A stretch of 64,000 nt of DNA from an uncultured Christensenella sp. (lineage in GTDB: Bacteria; Bacillota; Clostridia; Christensenellales; UBA3700): assembly GCA_949290515.1 (NCBI GenBank), contig CASERZ010000001.1:192738-256737 (forward strand), in the 5' to 3' direction. Under the pieces are notes generated by a model that worked only from the letters and a program-made list of their open reading frames with translations, ran no database searches and was not told the DNA's origin. Below are positions 54,640 to 64,000 of the stretch, piece after piece; positions within the stretch are counted from its first letter, which is position 1, and each line of letters opens with the position of its first letter. The position numbers were made by a program, and so were the translations under genes.

Positions 54640-57225
54640 ATGGCACTTTCACCAATGATGAAATTTTATCTCACGCTAAAAGAAAAATACAGCGACGCGC
54701 TGTTATTTTTCAGACTGGGCGACTTTTATGAGATGTTTTTTGACGACGCTAAGATTGCCAGCAGAGAACTCGACCTTACTCTTACGGGAAGAGATTGCGG
54801 CCTTGAAGAGCGCGCTCCTATGTGCGGCGTGCCTTTCCACGCGGCTGACGGATATATCGCAAAACTCGTGCAAAAAGGATACAAGGTCGCTATTTGCGAA
54901 CAGCTTACTCAGCCTGAACAAGGCAAACTCGTAGAGCGCGACGTCGTAAGAGTAGTTACTCCCGGTACGGTCATCGAAGAAAATATACTCGACGATAAGA
55001 AAAACAATTATCTGGCTTGCATATTCGCTTGCGAAAAATGTTATGCGCTCTCCTGGATAGACGTATCGACGGGAGAATTCAATACTTTTCAGTCGGATTA
55101 CAGCGATTTTTCGGCAATAGAAGACGTTTTAGCTACTTTTTCTCCCACAGAAATTATTGCCAACGAATACGCAGCAGAACAAGCTAAGGATTTGTCCGCC
55201 ATCAGAGTAGGCAGACTGCCTAAATTCCAAAAATATTACGAGTGGGCTTTCGATTACAATACAGCGCGCAACGCACTGTTAAAACAATTTGCTTTGAGTA
55301 CATTGTCGAAATTCGAATTCGAAGACAAAAAATATGCGGTATGCGCGGCAGGCGCACTCATAAATTACGTAAACGATACTCAAAAGCGTTCGCTTGCTCA
55401 TATCTCTTCTATCAAATACGTTCAGAATAATAAGTATCTTATTATGGACAACAATTGCCGCCGCAATCTCGAAATATGCGAAAATACGCGCGACGCGTCA
55501 AAAAAAGCTACGCTTTTGTGGGTGTTGGACAAAACACGCACGAATATGGGCGCACGTAATCTGAGAAGATGGCTCGAGCAGCCGCTCAGGGATTCTGCCG
55601 CTATCAACGAGCGTCTCGACAGCGTTGAAGAACTTGTAAAAAATACCCGTATGCGTACTAATCTCTACGATATGCTGGCTGATATTAAGGATATAGAAAG
55701 ACTTACGTCAAAAGTAGCATACGGCACGCCTACTCCTAAAGATTTGCTTGCGCTCGGATTGTCGCTGAAGGCTTTGCCTGCAGTCAAAACTCTGTTGTCT
55801 AATGCAAAAAGCAAGATGCTTTGCGGTATATACGAGGGGATATATCTTTTGGAAGACGTTGCGCAAAAACTTGTTGACGCAATCGACGAAAATCCTCCCG
55901 CTTTGATGAAAGACGGCGGATTTATTAAAGAAGGCTATTGCAAAGAACTTGACGAATTGAGACACGCAGGCTCTTTAGGAAAACAATGGCTTGCCAATCT
56001 CGAAACTCAGGAAAAAGAATCTACGGGAATCAAAAACCTCAAAGTTGGTTATAACAAAGTATTCGGTTATTATATCGAAGTCAGCAAAACCAACGTAGAC
56101 AAAGTGCCATACAGATACCAACGCAAACAGACTTTGACTACGGGCGAAAGATACATTACTCAAGAACTTAAAGAAATCGAAGAAAAACTGCTCGGAGCAA
56201 AGGAAAACGCTCTGGAGATTGAAAACAGAATTTTCGAAGAACTCAAACTCGACTTGCTTAAAGTAATAGCACAGTTGCAGTCTACGTCTAAATCCGTTGC
56301 ATATTGCGACAGCTTGCTGTCTTTGGCTGTGGTAGCTATCTCCAACAATTACGTAAAACCCGTCATCAACGATACGATAGAGGGTATTACCATTAAGGCG
56401 GGCAGACATCCTGTTGTCGAAAGCCTTATGAAAAACAACGAATTCGTTCCCAACGATACGGAATTGGATTGTTGTCAAAACCGTACTATGATTATCACGG
56501 GTCCCAATATGAGCGGAAAGAGTACATATATGAGACAAGTTGCACTCATAACTCTTATGGCTCACATAGGAAGTTTTGTACCCGCAAAAAGCGCGAGCAT
56601 ATCCGTAACAGACAGAATTTTTACGCGTATAGGTGCGAGTGACGATTTGGCGTACGGTCAAAGTACGTTTATGGTAGAGATGGTAGAAGTGGCGACGATA
56701 TTACAAAACGCTACTTTCAGAAGCTTGCTTGTTCTGGACGAAATCGGACGAGGAACATCCACTTTTGACGGAATGTCGATAGCAAGAGCGGTGCTCGAGG
56801 ACGTAAACAACCGCATAAGATGCAAGACGTTGTTTTCCACGCATTACCACGAACTTACCGAAATGGAAGATTGCCTCGACGGTGTAAAAAACTTCAAAAT
56901 ACTGGCAAGCGAAGTCGATAAAGGTGTAGTATTCCTTCACAAAATAGCGAGAGGCGGTACCAACAAGAGTTTTGGTATTGAGGTCGCGAAATATGCGGGC
57001 ATACCTCAAAACGTCATCAAACGCGCTAAGGAGATAAGCAAACTTTTAGAAAGCAATCCTCTTACTACGCAAAAGAAACCTATGCTAGACGATAACAACC
57101 TTTTCGAAATGACAAAGGATGCAGAACTTAAGGAAATTATCTCCAAGATTAATATCGAAAACGTAACTCCTATGCAGGCAATAGGAAAGCTTGCCGAACT
57201 CATAGATATCGCAAAGAGGAACTGA
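54640..57225 (+). CDS. mutS: DNA mismatch repair protein MutS
   Basis: N-terminal TPMMKFYL..GDFYEMFFDDA mismatch-binding motif, Walker A ITGPNMSGKST, DEIGRGTST. Confidence 0.97.
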   Translation: MALSPMMKFYLTLKEKYSDALLFFRLGDFYEMFFDDAKIASRELDLTLTGRDCGLEERAPMCGVPFHAADGYIAKLVQKGYKVAICEQLTQPEQGKLVERDVVRVVTPGTVIEENILDDKKNNYLACIFACEKCYALSWIDVSTGEFNTFQSDYSDFSAIEDVLATFSPTEIIANEYAAEQAKDLSAIRVGRLPKFQKYYEWAFDYNTARNALLKQFALSTLSKFEFEDKKYAVCAAGALINYVNDTQKRSLAHISSIKYVQNNKYLIMDNNCRRNLEICENTRDASKKATLLWVLDKTRTNMGARNLRRWLEQPLRDSAAINERLDSVEELVKNTRMRTNLYDMLADIKDIERLTSKVAYGTPTPKDLLALGLSLKALPAVKTLLSNAKSKMLCGIYEGIYLLEDVAQKLVDAIDENPPALMKDGGFIKEGYCKELDELRHAGSLGKQWLANLETQEKESTGIKNLKVGYNKVFGYYIEVSKTNVDKVPYRYQRKQTLTTGERYITQELKEIEEKLLGAKENALEIENRIFEELKLDLLKVIAQLQSTSKSVAYCDSLLSLAVVAISNNYVKPVINDTIEGITIKAGRHPVVESLMKNNEFVPNDTELDCCQNRTMIITGPNMSGKSTYMRQVALITLMAHIGSFVPAKSASISVTDRIFTRIGASDDLAYGQSTFMVEMVEVATILQNATFRSLLVLDEIGRGTSTFDGMSIARAVLEDVNNRIRCKTLFSTHYHELTEMEDCLDGVKNFKILASEVDKGVVFLHKIARGGTNKSFGIEVAKYAGIPQNVIKRAKEISKLLESNPLTTQKKPMLDDNNLFEMTKDAELKEIISKINIENVTPMQAIGKLAELIDIAKRN

Positions 57226-57226
57226 T

Positions 57227-59176
57227 ATGGCAAAAATCAACGTACTAGATTCTAGTATATTCAATCTCATATCTGCGGGCGAGGTTGTCGAAAGACCTTC
57301 GTCGGTGGTAAAAGAACTTGTAGAAAACAGTATAGATGCGGGCGCAACCTCTTTAGTAGTCGAAATCAAAGAGGGCGGTATATCTATGATTGCCGTAACC
57401 GATGACGGCTCGGGTATCGACAAAGAAAATATGCGTCTTGCTTTTTTGCCGCACGCGACTTCCAAATTGTCAAAAGCCGAAGACCTCGATAATATCGCTA
57501 CGTTAGGTTTCAGGGGAGAAGCTTTGGCGTCCATTGCCGCAGTTGCGCAAGTTACTATGACCAGCAAGACAAGCGAGGAGGACATAGGCAATTATATCGT
57601 ACTTCACGCAGGAAAAGTTGTGGAAGAAGGTAAAAAAGCTATAGCTCAAAGCACCTCGATTGTTGTAGAGAATTTGTTTTTCAATACTCCTGTCAGAAAA
57701 AAATTCCTGAAAAAGCCTAAACAAGAGGAAGCAAACGTAACTCAGGTTATGCTCCAGCTTGCACTCGCTAATCCCGATATCAAAATAAAGTACGTTGTCG
57801 ATTCAAAGGTGATTTTTCAGACAAACGGCGGACTGGAAGAAGCTATTTATTCCGTTTATTCAGGGGAAATTGCAAACGAACTCATTCCTTTCGACTATTC
57901 TTTCGATAATTACAGAGTTTACGGATATACGGGCACTCCCGCGCTTTCCAAACACAACAGGAATTATCAGACCATTATCATAAACGGAAGAATTATCACA
58001 AACGCTACGATATCCACGGCGGTGTCGCAGGCTTACGGCAACAGATTGATGACGCGTACTTTTCCCGTATTCGTGCTTAATATCATAATGCCTTTCGACG
58101 AAGTCGACGTCAACGTGCATCCTACAAAAACAGACGTGCGCTTCGAAGACACTCACAGAGTATTTTCTTGCGTCTATAAAGCTGTGTCAAACGCTCTGGC
58201 AAACTACGAGAAAAAACTCGTATTCGGAGAAAGCGAAAATACCGTGAGAAGTGCGACTACGGCAATTGATAAAGAGCCTGAAGTACAGAAAATAGTAACT
58301 AAAGAGCCTGTTTCAGATAAAAAAGACGAGGACTTGCAAAGCAAGCTTTTTGCCGAAAACAAAAACACTGATTACGAAAAACTTATTGAAAAACAAAAAA
58401 AGCTTGTAGAAGAGCTGAAGTACGAAAAAGATTTGCCTAAAGGTAAGTTTGCTACCGTACAGGACGGAGCAAAAGTATCTGCGCCTAACGGTGAAAAGAA
58501 ATCTTTTGACAGTGCAAAAGATATAAAATACGACTTTTCGAATAAAAACGAAAATAAACAAGTACAATCCTCGCTTCTCGATATGATAGACACTCAGCTC
58601 GAAAATAAATACAGAGTAGTCGGTCAGATATTTGATACGTATCTTATTCTCGAATATGCAGGAGCGGTATATTTTATCGACCAGCACGCTTGCCACGAAA
58701 GATTTATCTACGATAATCTTCTCGAACAGGTCAATTCAAGACAAGTCGATACTCAGTATATGTTGATTCCTTATATCGTCGAATGCAATAACAATCAATA
58801 CGAATTTATGTTGCAGATGCAGGACAACTTCAAGGAACTCGGTTTCGATATAGAAGAATTCGGGGATATGAGTTTTAAAATCAATTGCGTGCCTTACGTT
58901 TTGCGAGATATCAATCTCGGAGTATTTTTCGCCAACCTTTTCGAAGAACGTCAAACAGTACAAACTCTCAAAAATAGCGACATAATAAAGGATAAACTGG
59001 CTCAAAAGGCTTGTAAATCCGCAATAAAGGCAGGAGAAAAACTAAGCGATAAACAAATCCGCGACCTACTTGACGCTATGAAGGACGGTATTCCTCTTCA
59101 ATGTCCTCACGGAAGACCTGCGGTAATTAAGTATACAAGAAAAGATTTCGACAAACTCTTCAAGAGGATAGTATGA
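57227..59176 (+). CDS. mutL: DNA mismatch repair protein MutL
   Basis: GHKL ATPase N-terminus (IAAGEVVERP-like ISAGEVVERPSSVVKELVENSIDAG) and C-terminal dimerisation domain (CPHGRP). Confidence 0.96.
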   Translation: MAKINVLDSSIFNLISAGEVVERPSSVVKELVENSIDAGATSLVVEIKEGGISMIAVTDDGSGIDKENMRLAFLPHATSKLSKAEDLDNIATLGFRGEALASIAAVAQVTMTSKTSEEDIGNYIVLHAGKVVEEGKKAIAQSTSIVVENLFFNTPVRKKFLKKPKQEEANVTQVMLQLALANPDIKIKYVVDSKVIFQTNGGLEEAIYSVYSGEIANELIPFDYSFDNYRVYGYTGTPALSKHNRNYQTIIINGRIITNATISTAVSQAYGNRLMTRTFPVFVLNIIMPFDEVDVNVHPTKTDVRFEDTHRVFSCVYKAVSNALANYEKKLVFGESENTVRSATTAIDKEPEVQKIVTKEPVSDKKDEDLQSKLFAENKNTDYEKLIEKQKKLVEELKYEKDLPKGKFATVQDGAKVSAPNGEKKSFDSAKDIKYDFSNKNENKQVQSSLLDMIDTQLENKYRVVGQIFDTYLILEYAGAVYFIDQHACHERFIYDNLLEQVNSRQVDTQYMLIPYIVECNNNQYEFMLQMQDNFKELGFDIEEFGDMSFKINCVPYVLRDINLGVFFANLFEERQTVQTLKNSDIIKDKLAQKACKSAIKAGEKLSDKQIRDLLDAMKDGIPLQCPHGRPAVIKYTRKDFDKLFKRIV

Positions 59177-60084
59177 ACAAAATCGTGATAATAGCGGGAC
59201 CTACTGCCAGCGGAAAAACCGCGCTCGGTGTAGAAATAGCCAAAATCCTCAATAGCGAAATCATATCTTGCGACAGTATGCAGATTTATAAGCGTATGAA
59301 TATAGGTACTGCAAAAGTTACGCAAGCCGAAGCGCAAGGGGTAATTCACCGTATGATTGACGTGGTTGAACCGTCAGAACAATTCAGCGTAGGCGAATAT
59401 GCAAAAGTTGCAGAGGGATATATATCGGATTTGATAGCAAATGGCAAAATTCCCGTTGTAGTTGGCGGAACCGGATTGTATCTTGACGCAATATTGTACA
59501 ATATGAGTTTCGGCGGAGAGTGCGACGAAAAGCTGAGAAAACAGCTTTTTGAAGAACTAGATTCATACGGCAAAGAATATATGTACGAAAAATTGAAAAA
59601 ACTTGACCCTCAGGATGCTGAAAAAATTCATCCCAACAATACAAAGAGAGTGTTGAGAGCTTTGGAAATATATTATACTACGGGAGATGTCAAAAGCCGA
59701 CTTTTGACAAAAGAAAGACAACTCAAATACGAGCCCTGTATGGCAGTACTTAATCCTGACCGTGAATTGCTTTACGAAAGAATTAATTTTAGAGTTGACA
59801 AGATGTTTGACGAAGGCTTACAAAACGAAGTCGAAAAACTGATATCCGAAGGCATAACCTTTGACTGTCAGAGTATGCAGGCCATAGGATATAAGGAATT
59901 CAAGTCTTATATTGATAAAGAAATCGACCGTAGTGCTCTCATAGAGAAAATAAAACAAGATTCGAGAAATTATGCAAAAAGACAGATAACGTGGCTTAAA
60001 AAATACGATTTTGCTAAATGGTTTAATCCTATTACGCAAAAGCAGGATTGTATAAACTATATAATAAAGGCCGTAAAGGAGTAA
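59173..60084 (+). CDS. miaA: tRNA dimethylallyltransferase MiaA
   Basis: P-loop IAGPTASGKT, CDSMQIYK motif, GGTGLY. Confidence 0.94.
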   Translation: MNKIVIIAGPTASGKTALGVEIAKILNSEIISCDSMQIYKRMNIGTAKVTQAEAQGVIHRMIDVVEPSEQFSVGEYAKVAEGYISDLIANGKIPVVVGGTGLYLDAILYNMSFGGECDEKLRKQLFEELDSYGKEYMYEKLKKLDPQDAEKIHPNNTKRVLRALEIYYTTGDVKSRLLTKERQLKYEPCMAVLNPDRELLYERINFRVDKMFDEGLQNEVEKLISEGITFDCQSMQAIGYKEFKSYIDKEIDRSALIEKIKQDSRNYAKRQITWLKKYDFAKWFNPITQKQDCINYIIKAVKE

Positions 60085-60087
60085 AAA

Positions 60088-61326
60088 ATGAACTTCTCAC
60101 AGAAGACTGTAGATATTGTAAATAAAGCTCAGGAAAAACTTGCAAAACAGTTTGCCGAAACGGAAGAGATATCTACTTTTAATCAACTCAAGGTTCTCAA
60201 CGCTTTTCAGCAAAACTCAGTGGGACTCAGACATCTTTCACAGACAAACGGTTACGGATACGACGATATCGGAAGAGATACGCTTTGCAAAATTTTTGCC
60301 GACGTATTTAAATGCGAAAGCGCGATTGTTTCGCCGCTAATTGTCAGCGGTACACACGCTTTGACTCTCACTTTGTACGGAGTTTTGAGACCGGGAGACG
60401 AAATGCTTGCTATTACGGGTAGTCCTTATGATACTTTGAAAGAGGTTATTACAGGGGAAGGCAACGGCTCTTTGAAAGATTTTAAGGTATCTTACCGTCA
60501 GCTTGACCTCAAAAACGGGAAAATCGACTTAGAAAAAATCAAAGAATATATTAAAGACAATACTAAGCTCATATTTATAGGCAGGTCGCGCGGTTATGAA
60601 TGGCGTGACGCTTTGTCCGTGGAAGAAATTGCTCAAGCTGTTAAAGAGATCAGGGCAGTAAAAAGCGACGTGTGTATTATGGTAGATAATTGCTACGGCG
60701 AATTTATGGATTATTCTGAGCCTACGGAGGTAGGTGTAGATATAATGGCGGGTTCGCTTATCAAAAATCCAGGCGGAGGACTGGCTCCCAGCGGAGGCTA
60801 TGTGCTGGGAAAAAAGAAATATATCGACCTTGTTGCCGGCAGACTGACGTCTCCATCCATAGGTATGGAAGTAGGCTCGTATGCATACGGCTATAAAGAT
60901 TTTTATCAAGGACTGTTTATTGCGCCTCACGTAGTGGCAAACGCAGTAAAAGGTTCTATGCTACTCGGACAGGTATTTTCCGATTTGGGATTTGAAACAA
61001 TGCCTTTGCCGGGACAAAAGTGCAGAGATATAATCCGTTCGATAAAATTCGATACAAAAGAGCAGCTTATAGACTTTTGCAGAGCAATTCAACAGGCCTC
61101 TCCTATCGACAGCAACGTAGTGCCTTTCCCTTGGGATATGCCCGGATACGAAGACCAGGTAATAATGGCGGCAGGTACTTTTGTGGCGGGAGCTTCTATT
61201 GAGTTGTCGGCAGACGCGCCTATAAGAGAGCCGTATATCGCATATATGCAAGGCGGTTTGACTTATGAACACGTCAAAATAGCTTGTATGTATTGCGTGG
61301 AAAAATTGATACTAAGCAAAAACTGA
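60088..61326 (+). CDS. ynbB: PLP-dependent methionine gamma-lyase-fold protein (YnbB / aluminium-resistance family)
   Basis: ~410 aa, GYGYDDIGRD N-terminal motif and SLIKNPGGGLAP (PLP lysine context) typical of the family. Confidence 0.78.
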   Translation: MNFSQKTVDIVNKAQEKLAKQFAETEEISTFNQLKVLNAFQQNSVGLRHLSQTNGYGYDDIGRDTLCKIFADVFKCESAIVSPLIVSGTHALTLTLYGVLRPGDEMLAITGSPYDTLKEVITGEGNGSLKDFKVSYRQLDLKNGKIDLEKIKEYIKDNTKLIFIGRSRGYEWRDALSVEEIAQAVKEIRAVKSDVCIMVDNCYGEFMDYSEPTEVGVDIMAGSLIKNPGGGLAPSGGYVLGKKKYIDLVAGRLTSPSIGMEVGSYAYGYKDFYQGLFIAPHVVANAVKGSMLLGQVFSDLGFETMPLPGQKCRDIIRSIKFDTKEQLIDFCRAIQQASPIDSNVVPFPWDMPGYEDQVIMAAGTFVAGASIELSADAPIREPYIAYMQGGLTYEHVKIACMYCVEKLILSKN

Positions 61327-61347
61327 TACAGCTAAATATAATGTATT

Positions 61348-61376
61348 AAAAAAGGACGGCAATCCCGTCCTTTTCC
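61348..61376. terminator. Hairpin terminator between convergent ynbB and lexA
   Basis: AAGGACGG / CCGTCCTT stem flanked by an A-run and a T-run (usable on both strands). Confidence 0.75.
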
Positions 61377-61404
61377 ATAATCTATTTATTAATCAAATTA
61401 TTAA

Positions 61405-62094
61405 TCAAAAAATCTTATTGCGCATAAGACCGACAGCTAAGCCCAAAATTCTGAATTCGCGGTCGCTTGTAACGATAATGTCGCTCATCTGGTCGTTTTC
61501 GGGACGAAGTCTGATATAAGTATTGCAATTATAAAATCTCTTGAGAGTAACTTCGTTGTTGTCGATTTGTGCGACGATTACGTCTCCGTCTCTGGCGACT
61601 TCTTGTTGACGTACCAGCACCATATCTCCGTTGAGGATACCTATGTTTTTCATACTGTCACCCTTGACATTAAGCAAAAACATCTGTCCCTTACAGTTGA
61701 AGTAGTCTCCGGGAATGGTATAGCTAGAGTCGTTTTCTACGTCTGCATAAAGGGGTGCGCCTGCGGCCACGTTGCCGAGCATAGGGATATTGACGAGATT
61801 TTTGAATACATCGTCTACGTTTTTAATATTATCCGATTTAACTTTAGGAGCAGGTGAGTCAGACTTGCCGACAACTTCGATAGCGCGGTTTTTATTGCCG
61901 CCTTTCTTTATGGCCCCTTGCTCTTCGAGTTTGTCTAAATAATATTTAGCCGATGCAGTGGATTTAAAGCCAACCTGAGCGCAAATTTCTCTTACGGTAG
62001 GGGGATATCCGTTATCGTCTACGAATTTTTTGATAAATTCGAGCGTAACTGCACATTTTTCGGCGGTTTTTTCTATAGTTTTGCCTTTTGCCAT
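61405..62094 (-). CDS. lexA: LexA repressor
   Basis: N-terminal wHTH (GYPPTVREICAQVGFKSTASAKYYLDKLEE), cleavage site region GNVAAGAP, and S24 peptidase Ser/Lys (VKGDSM..ITLKR). Start set at the ATG at 62094 after GAGGT; the track ORF extends 16 codons further. Confidence 0.93.
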   Translation of the reverse strand: MAKGKTIEKTAEKCAVTLEFIKKFVDDNGYPPTVREICAQVGFKSTASAKYYLDKLEEQGAIKKGGNKNRAIEVVGKSDSPAPKVKSDNIKNVDDVFKNLVNIPMLGNVAAGAPLYADVENDSSYTIPGDYFNCKGQMFLLNVKGDSMKNIGILNGDMVLVRQQEVARDGDVIVAQIDNNEVTLKRFYNCNTYIRLRPENDQMSDIIVTSDREFRILGLAVGLMRNKIF

Positions 62095-62132
62095 AGGTTT
62101 TACCTCAATTGTAATTTTGAATTTACAAACAA

Positions 62133-62161
62133 ATTTTAGCACAAATGTTCACATATTGCAA
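62133..62161 (-). promoter_or_regulatory. lexA promoter with an SOS (LexA/Cheo-type) box in the spacer
   Basis: On the minus strand: TTGCAA (62156-62161), 17-nt spacer, TAAAAT (62133-62138). The spacer contains GAACATTTGTGC (62139-62150), compared with the Firmicute box GAAC-N4-GTTC. Confidence 0.5.
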
Positions 62162-62443
62162 GCGTTTTTATATTAAAAAATGAATATTTGTTTATATTTT
62201 TTACATATTTTTACAAATATTTTTGTATTAAATCGACTTATATGTAACATTTTGCATTATGAATTTTTATAAAAATACAAACATACTTTTGCCTAAAATC
62301 TTTGTAGATAAATTGTAATTCCTGCTAACTCAGATATTTAATAAGTATAATTATACGTATAATTTAGTTTATAAAATATAAGCTATGGCTATACTTTTAT
62401 TTTAAATTATTCGATATTTTATCAACAATATACAAAATTGCGC

Positions 62444-63505
62444 TTATTCGTTATCTTCGTGATTTCTCAATACTACTTTTGATGCGGCTTTACGTTTTAT
62501 TTCGTCACTGATTGCCGCATAGTGTTTTTTAGTCGTATTGATATCCTTATGACCCAAAACTTCGGCAACTACATATATATCGTTTGTTTCTTTATAGAGA
62601 TTCGTACCATACGTACTTCTGAGTTTGTGCGGCGTAATATGCTTTAGAGGCGTAGTTATGCCTGCGTACTTTTTTACAAGATTTTGTACGGCACGTACGG
62701 TTATACGCTTGTTCTGCAATGATACAAAAAGGGCGGTTTCGTCGGCTAACTCTTTATTTGAATTGCGCTCAGATATATATTCCTTAAGCGTTTCGGCAAC
62801 TTCGTCTGAAAAATATAAAATAGTCTGATTTCCGCCTTTTCGCGTTATCTTAAATCCGTTTATATTAAAATCTATATCGTCTAAATCGATACCTACAAGT
62901 TCGCTTATTCTTATTCCGGTACCTAAAAAAAGCGTAAGTATGGCTATATCGCGCTTGCGTGTTTTTTTCTGAAGTGCAAGTTGCTTTGGAGATAATCCCG
63001 TTCCGCTTTCTACGTTGTCAAGCAGTTTTGCGACTTCGTCTACTTCAAGTCTTATGATGGCTTTATCGTGTAATTTAAGACTCAATACTTTGGACGCTGG
63101 GTCTGCGGGTATTCTGTCTTTATTGTAATTGTACTTAAAAAACGATTTGATAGTAGCCAACTTACGAGCTTTAGTTTTTTCTGTATTGGTATATTCGACG
63201 CCATCGTGCTCAAATGCCGTCAAATAATTCAAAAACATTTCTATATGAAAGGTTTCTACGGATTCCAGCTGTTCGTAACCGAATTGACGTATGTCCTTAA
63301 TATTTACGAATTCAGCGCATTCTGTCGTAAGAAAATGAAAAAATATCTTTAAATCTTGTGCGTATCCCAGACGCGTAAGTATAGACGTACGGTTTTCGAT
63401 ACCCATAAAATAATCGTTGCAGATATAGGGCAATTCCTTGAGTAATTGTCTCAATTTTAATGTATTATCGTAATTGCGTTGTTCAAAATACGTCCTGTCT
63501 GCCAT
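62444..63505 (-). CDS. Tyrosine site-specific recombinase (Xer/phage-integrase family; long, XerS-like length)
   Basis: Catalytic pattern R (LGTGIRISEL), H-x-x-R (HKLRSTYGT) and H..Y (LGHKDINTTKKHY). 353 aa with an extended N-terminal core-binding domain. Confidence 0.85.
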   Translation of the reverse strand: MADRTYFEQRNYDNTLKLRQLLKELPYICNDYFMGIENRTSILTRLGYAQDLKIFFHFLTTECAEFVNIKDIRQFGYEQLESVETFHIEMFLNYLTAFEHDGVEYTNTEKTKARKLATIKSFFKYNYNKDRIPADPASKVLSLKLHDKAIIRLEVDEVAKLLDNVESGTGLSPKQLALQKKTRKRDIAILTLFLGTGIRISELVGIDLDDIDFNINGFKITRKGGNQTILYFSDEVAETLKEYISERNSNKELADETALFVSLQNKRITVRAVQNLVKKYAGITTPLKHITPHKLRSTYGTNLYKETNDIYVVAEVLGHKDINTTKKHYAAISDEIKRKAASKVVLRNHEDNE

Positions 63506-63511
63506 AAATTG

Positions 63512-63540
63512 ATTATATCATATTTGACTAAAAAATACAA
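63512..63540 (-). promoter_or_regulatory. Candidate promoter abutting the recombinase start (possible leaderless mRNA)
   Basis: On the minus strand: TGaTATAAT (TATAAT at 63512-63517), then 6 nt to the ATG at 63505. Weak -35 TTGTAT (63535-63540). No Shine-Dalgarno. Confidence 0.35.
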
Positions 63541-64000
63541 TCGTAATTATTATTATTGACAATCCGAAGAAAAATATACATATTGAAGTAAAAATCTAAA
63601 AATTTGTTAATTGTATAATATTAATTAACTGTTATATTATTAAATTAAAAAAACAGTACCGCTATAATTATAGTGTAAGACACTTTAAAGCTATATCCAA
63701 AGATGTGTGCGTTTTGCGACTTATTAGGTAAGAATAGTAAAATATTTAAAATACGTAGGGTTATATTTAAATCAAAGACTTTTTCGGATAATCATCGTAA
63801 AAAATATCGAGATACTTGAGAAAGAGGAATTATTACGGATTTAAAAAAGCGATTAAAGATTTTATAAAACACATTAGTTGAATTAAAATAATTGAATTTA
63901 TATAGCTTTATCAAAGCCATTTATTAAAAATCGTAAATAAATACCATTATTATAAAAAATCGACAAATCCATAATAATTTAAGAAGCATATATACTATTT

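Noticed and set aside
62095-62142. Longer starts offered by the ORF track: lexA at 62142, ftsK at 3609, the carboxyltransferase at 20975 and cmk at 28510.
   Set aside because: In each case an ATG with a properly spaced Shine-Dalgarno lies just downstream and matches the usual family N-terminus. The upstream starts are GTG/TTG codons or lack a ribosome-binding site.

Overview
The window reads as a conserved, mostly plus-strand core chromosomal segment of a moderately AT-rich, endospore-forming Firmicute (Clostridia-like). All family calls rest on motif recognition by eye; no searches or alignments were run.

Gene order, with long stretches matching Bacillus subtilis synteny:
- pnp (3' end), ylxY-like deacetylase, M16 peptidase, GNAT, ftsK/spoIIIE, pgsA, rimO, cinA, recA, rny.
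- A minus-strand pair: a receiver-less Spo0A C-domain protein plus a membrane protein.
- A DD-carboxypeptidase, an M50 protease, scpA, scpB, ytfI/ytfJ-like genes, dacB, rluB.
- A five-gene biotin-dependent Na+-decarboxylase cluster.
- surE, a BaiN/YhiN-like flavoprotein, a cmk-plsC fusion, an ispH-rpsA fusion.
- Five tRNAs, an ArsR-family gene remnant, rubrerythrin.
- spoIIAA, spoIIAB, sigF, spoVAC, spoVAD, spoVAE, yunB.
- A T-box leader followed by pheS and pheT.
- A YbiR-like permease, a U32 peptidase, mutS2, nifS-like, thiI.
- PBP1A (minus strand), miaB, mutS, mutL, miaA, ynbB.
- lexA and a long tyrosine recombinase (both minus strand).

I saw no CRISPR array, prophage, restriction-modification, toxin-antitoxin or defence island, so no striking new system can be claimed with confidence.

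The items most worth a second look:
1. The decarboxylase cluster encodes two different carboxyltransferases around one free-standing biotin carrier and one pump subunit.
2. A Spo0A DNA-binding-domain-only paralog appears to be co-transcribed with a polytopic membrane protein.
3. Cytidylate kinase is fused to an acyltransferase, directly upstream of the known ispH-S1 fusion.
4. At five genes, an ATG with no Shine-Dalgarno sits 5-6 nt downstream of a TATAAT-like box, suggesting leaderless mRNAs.
5. A XerS-length recombinase sits between long AT-rich non-coding flanks next to lexA.

Many long antisense ORFs in the track lie exactly opposite the sense codons and are codon-usage artefacts.
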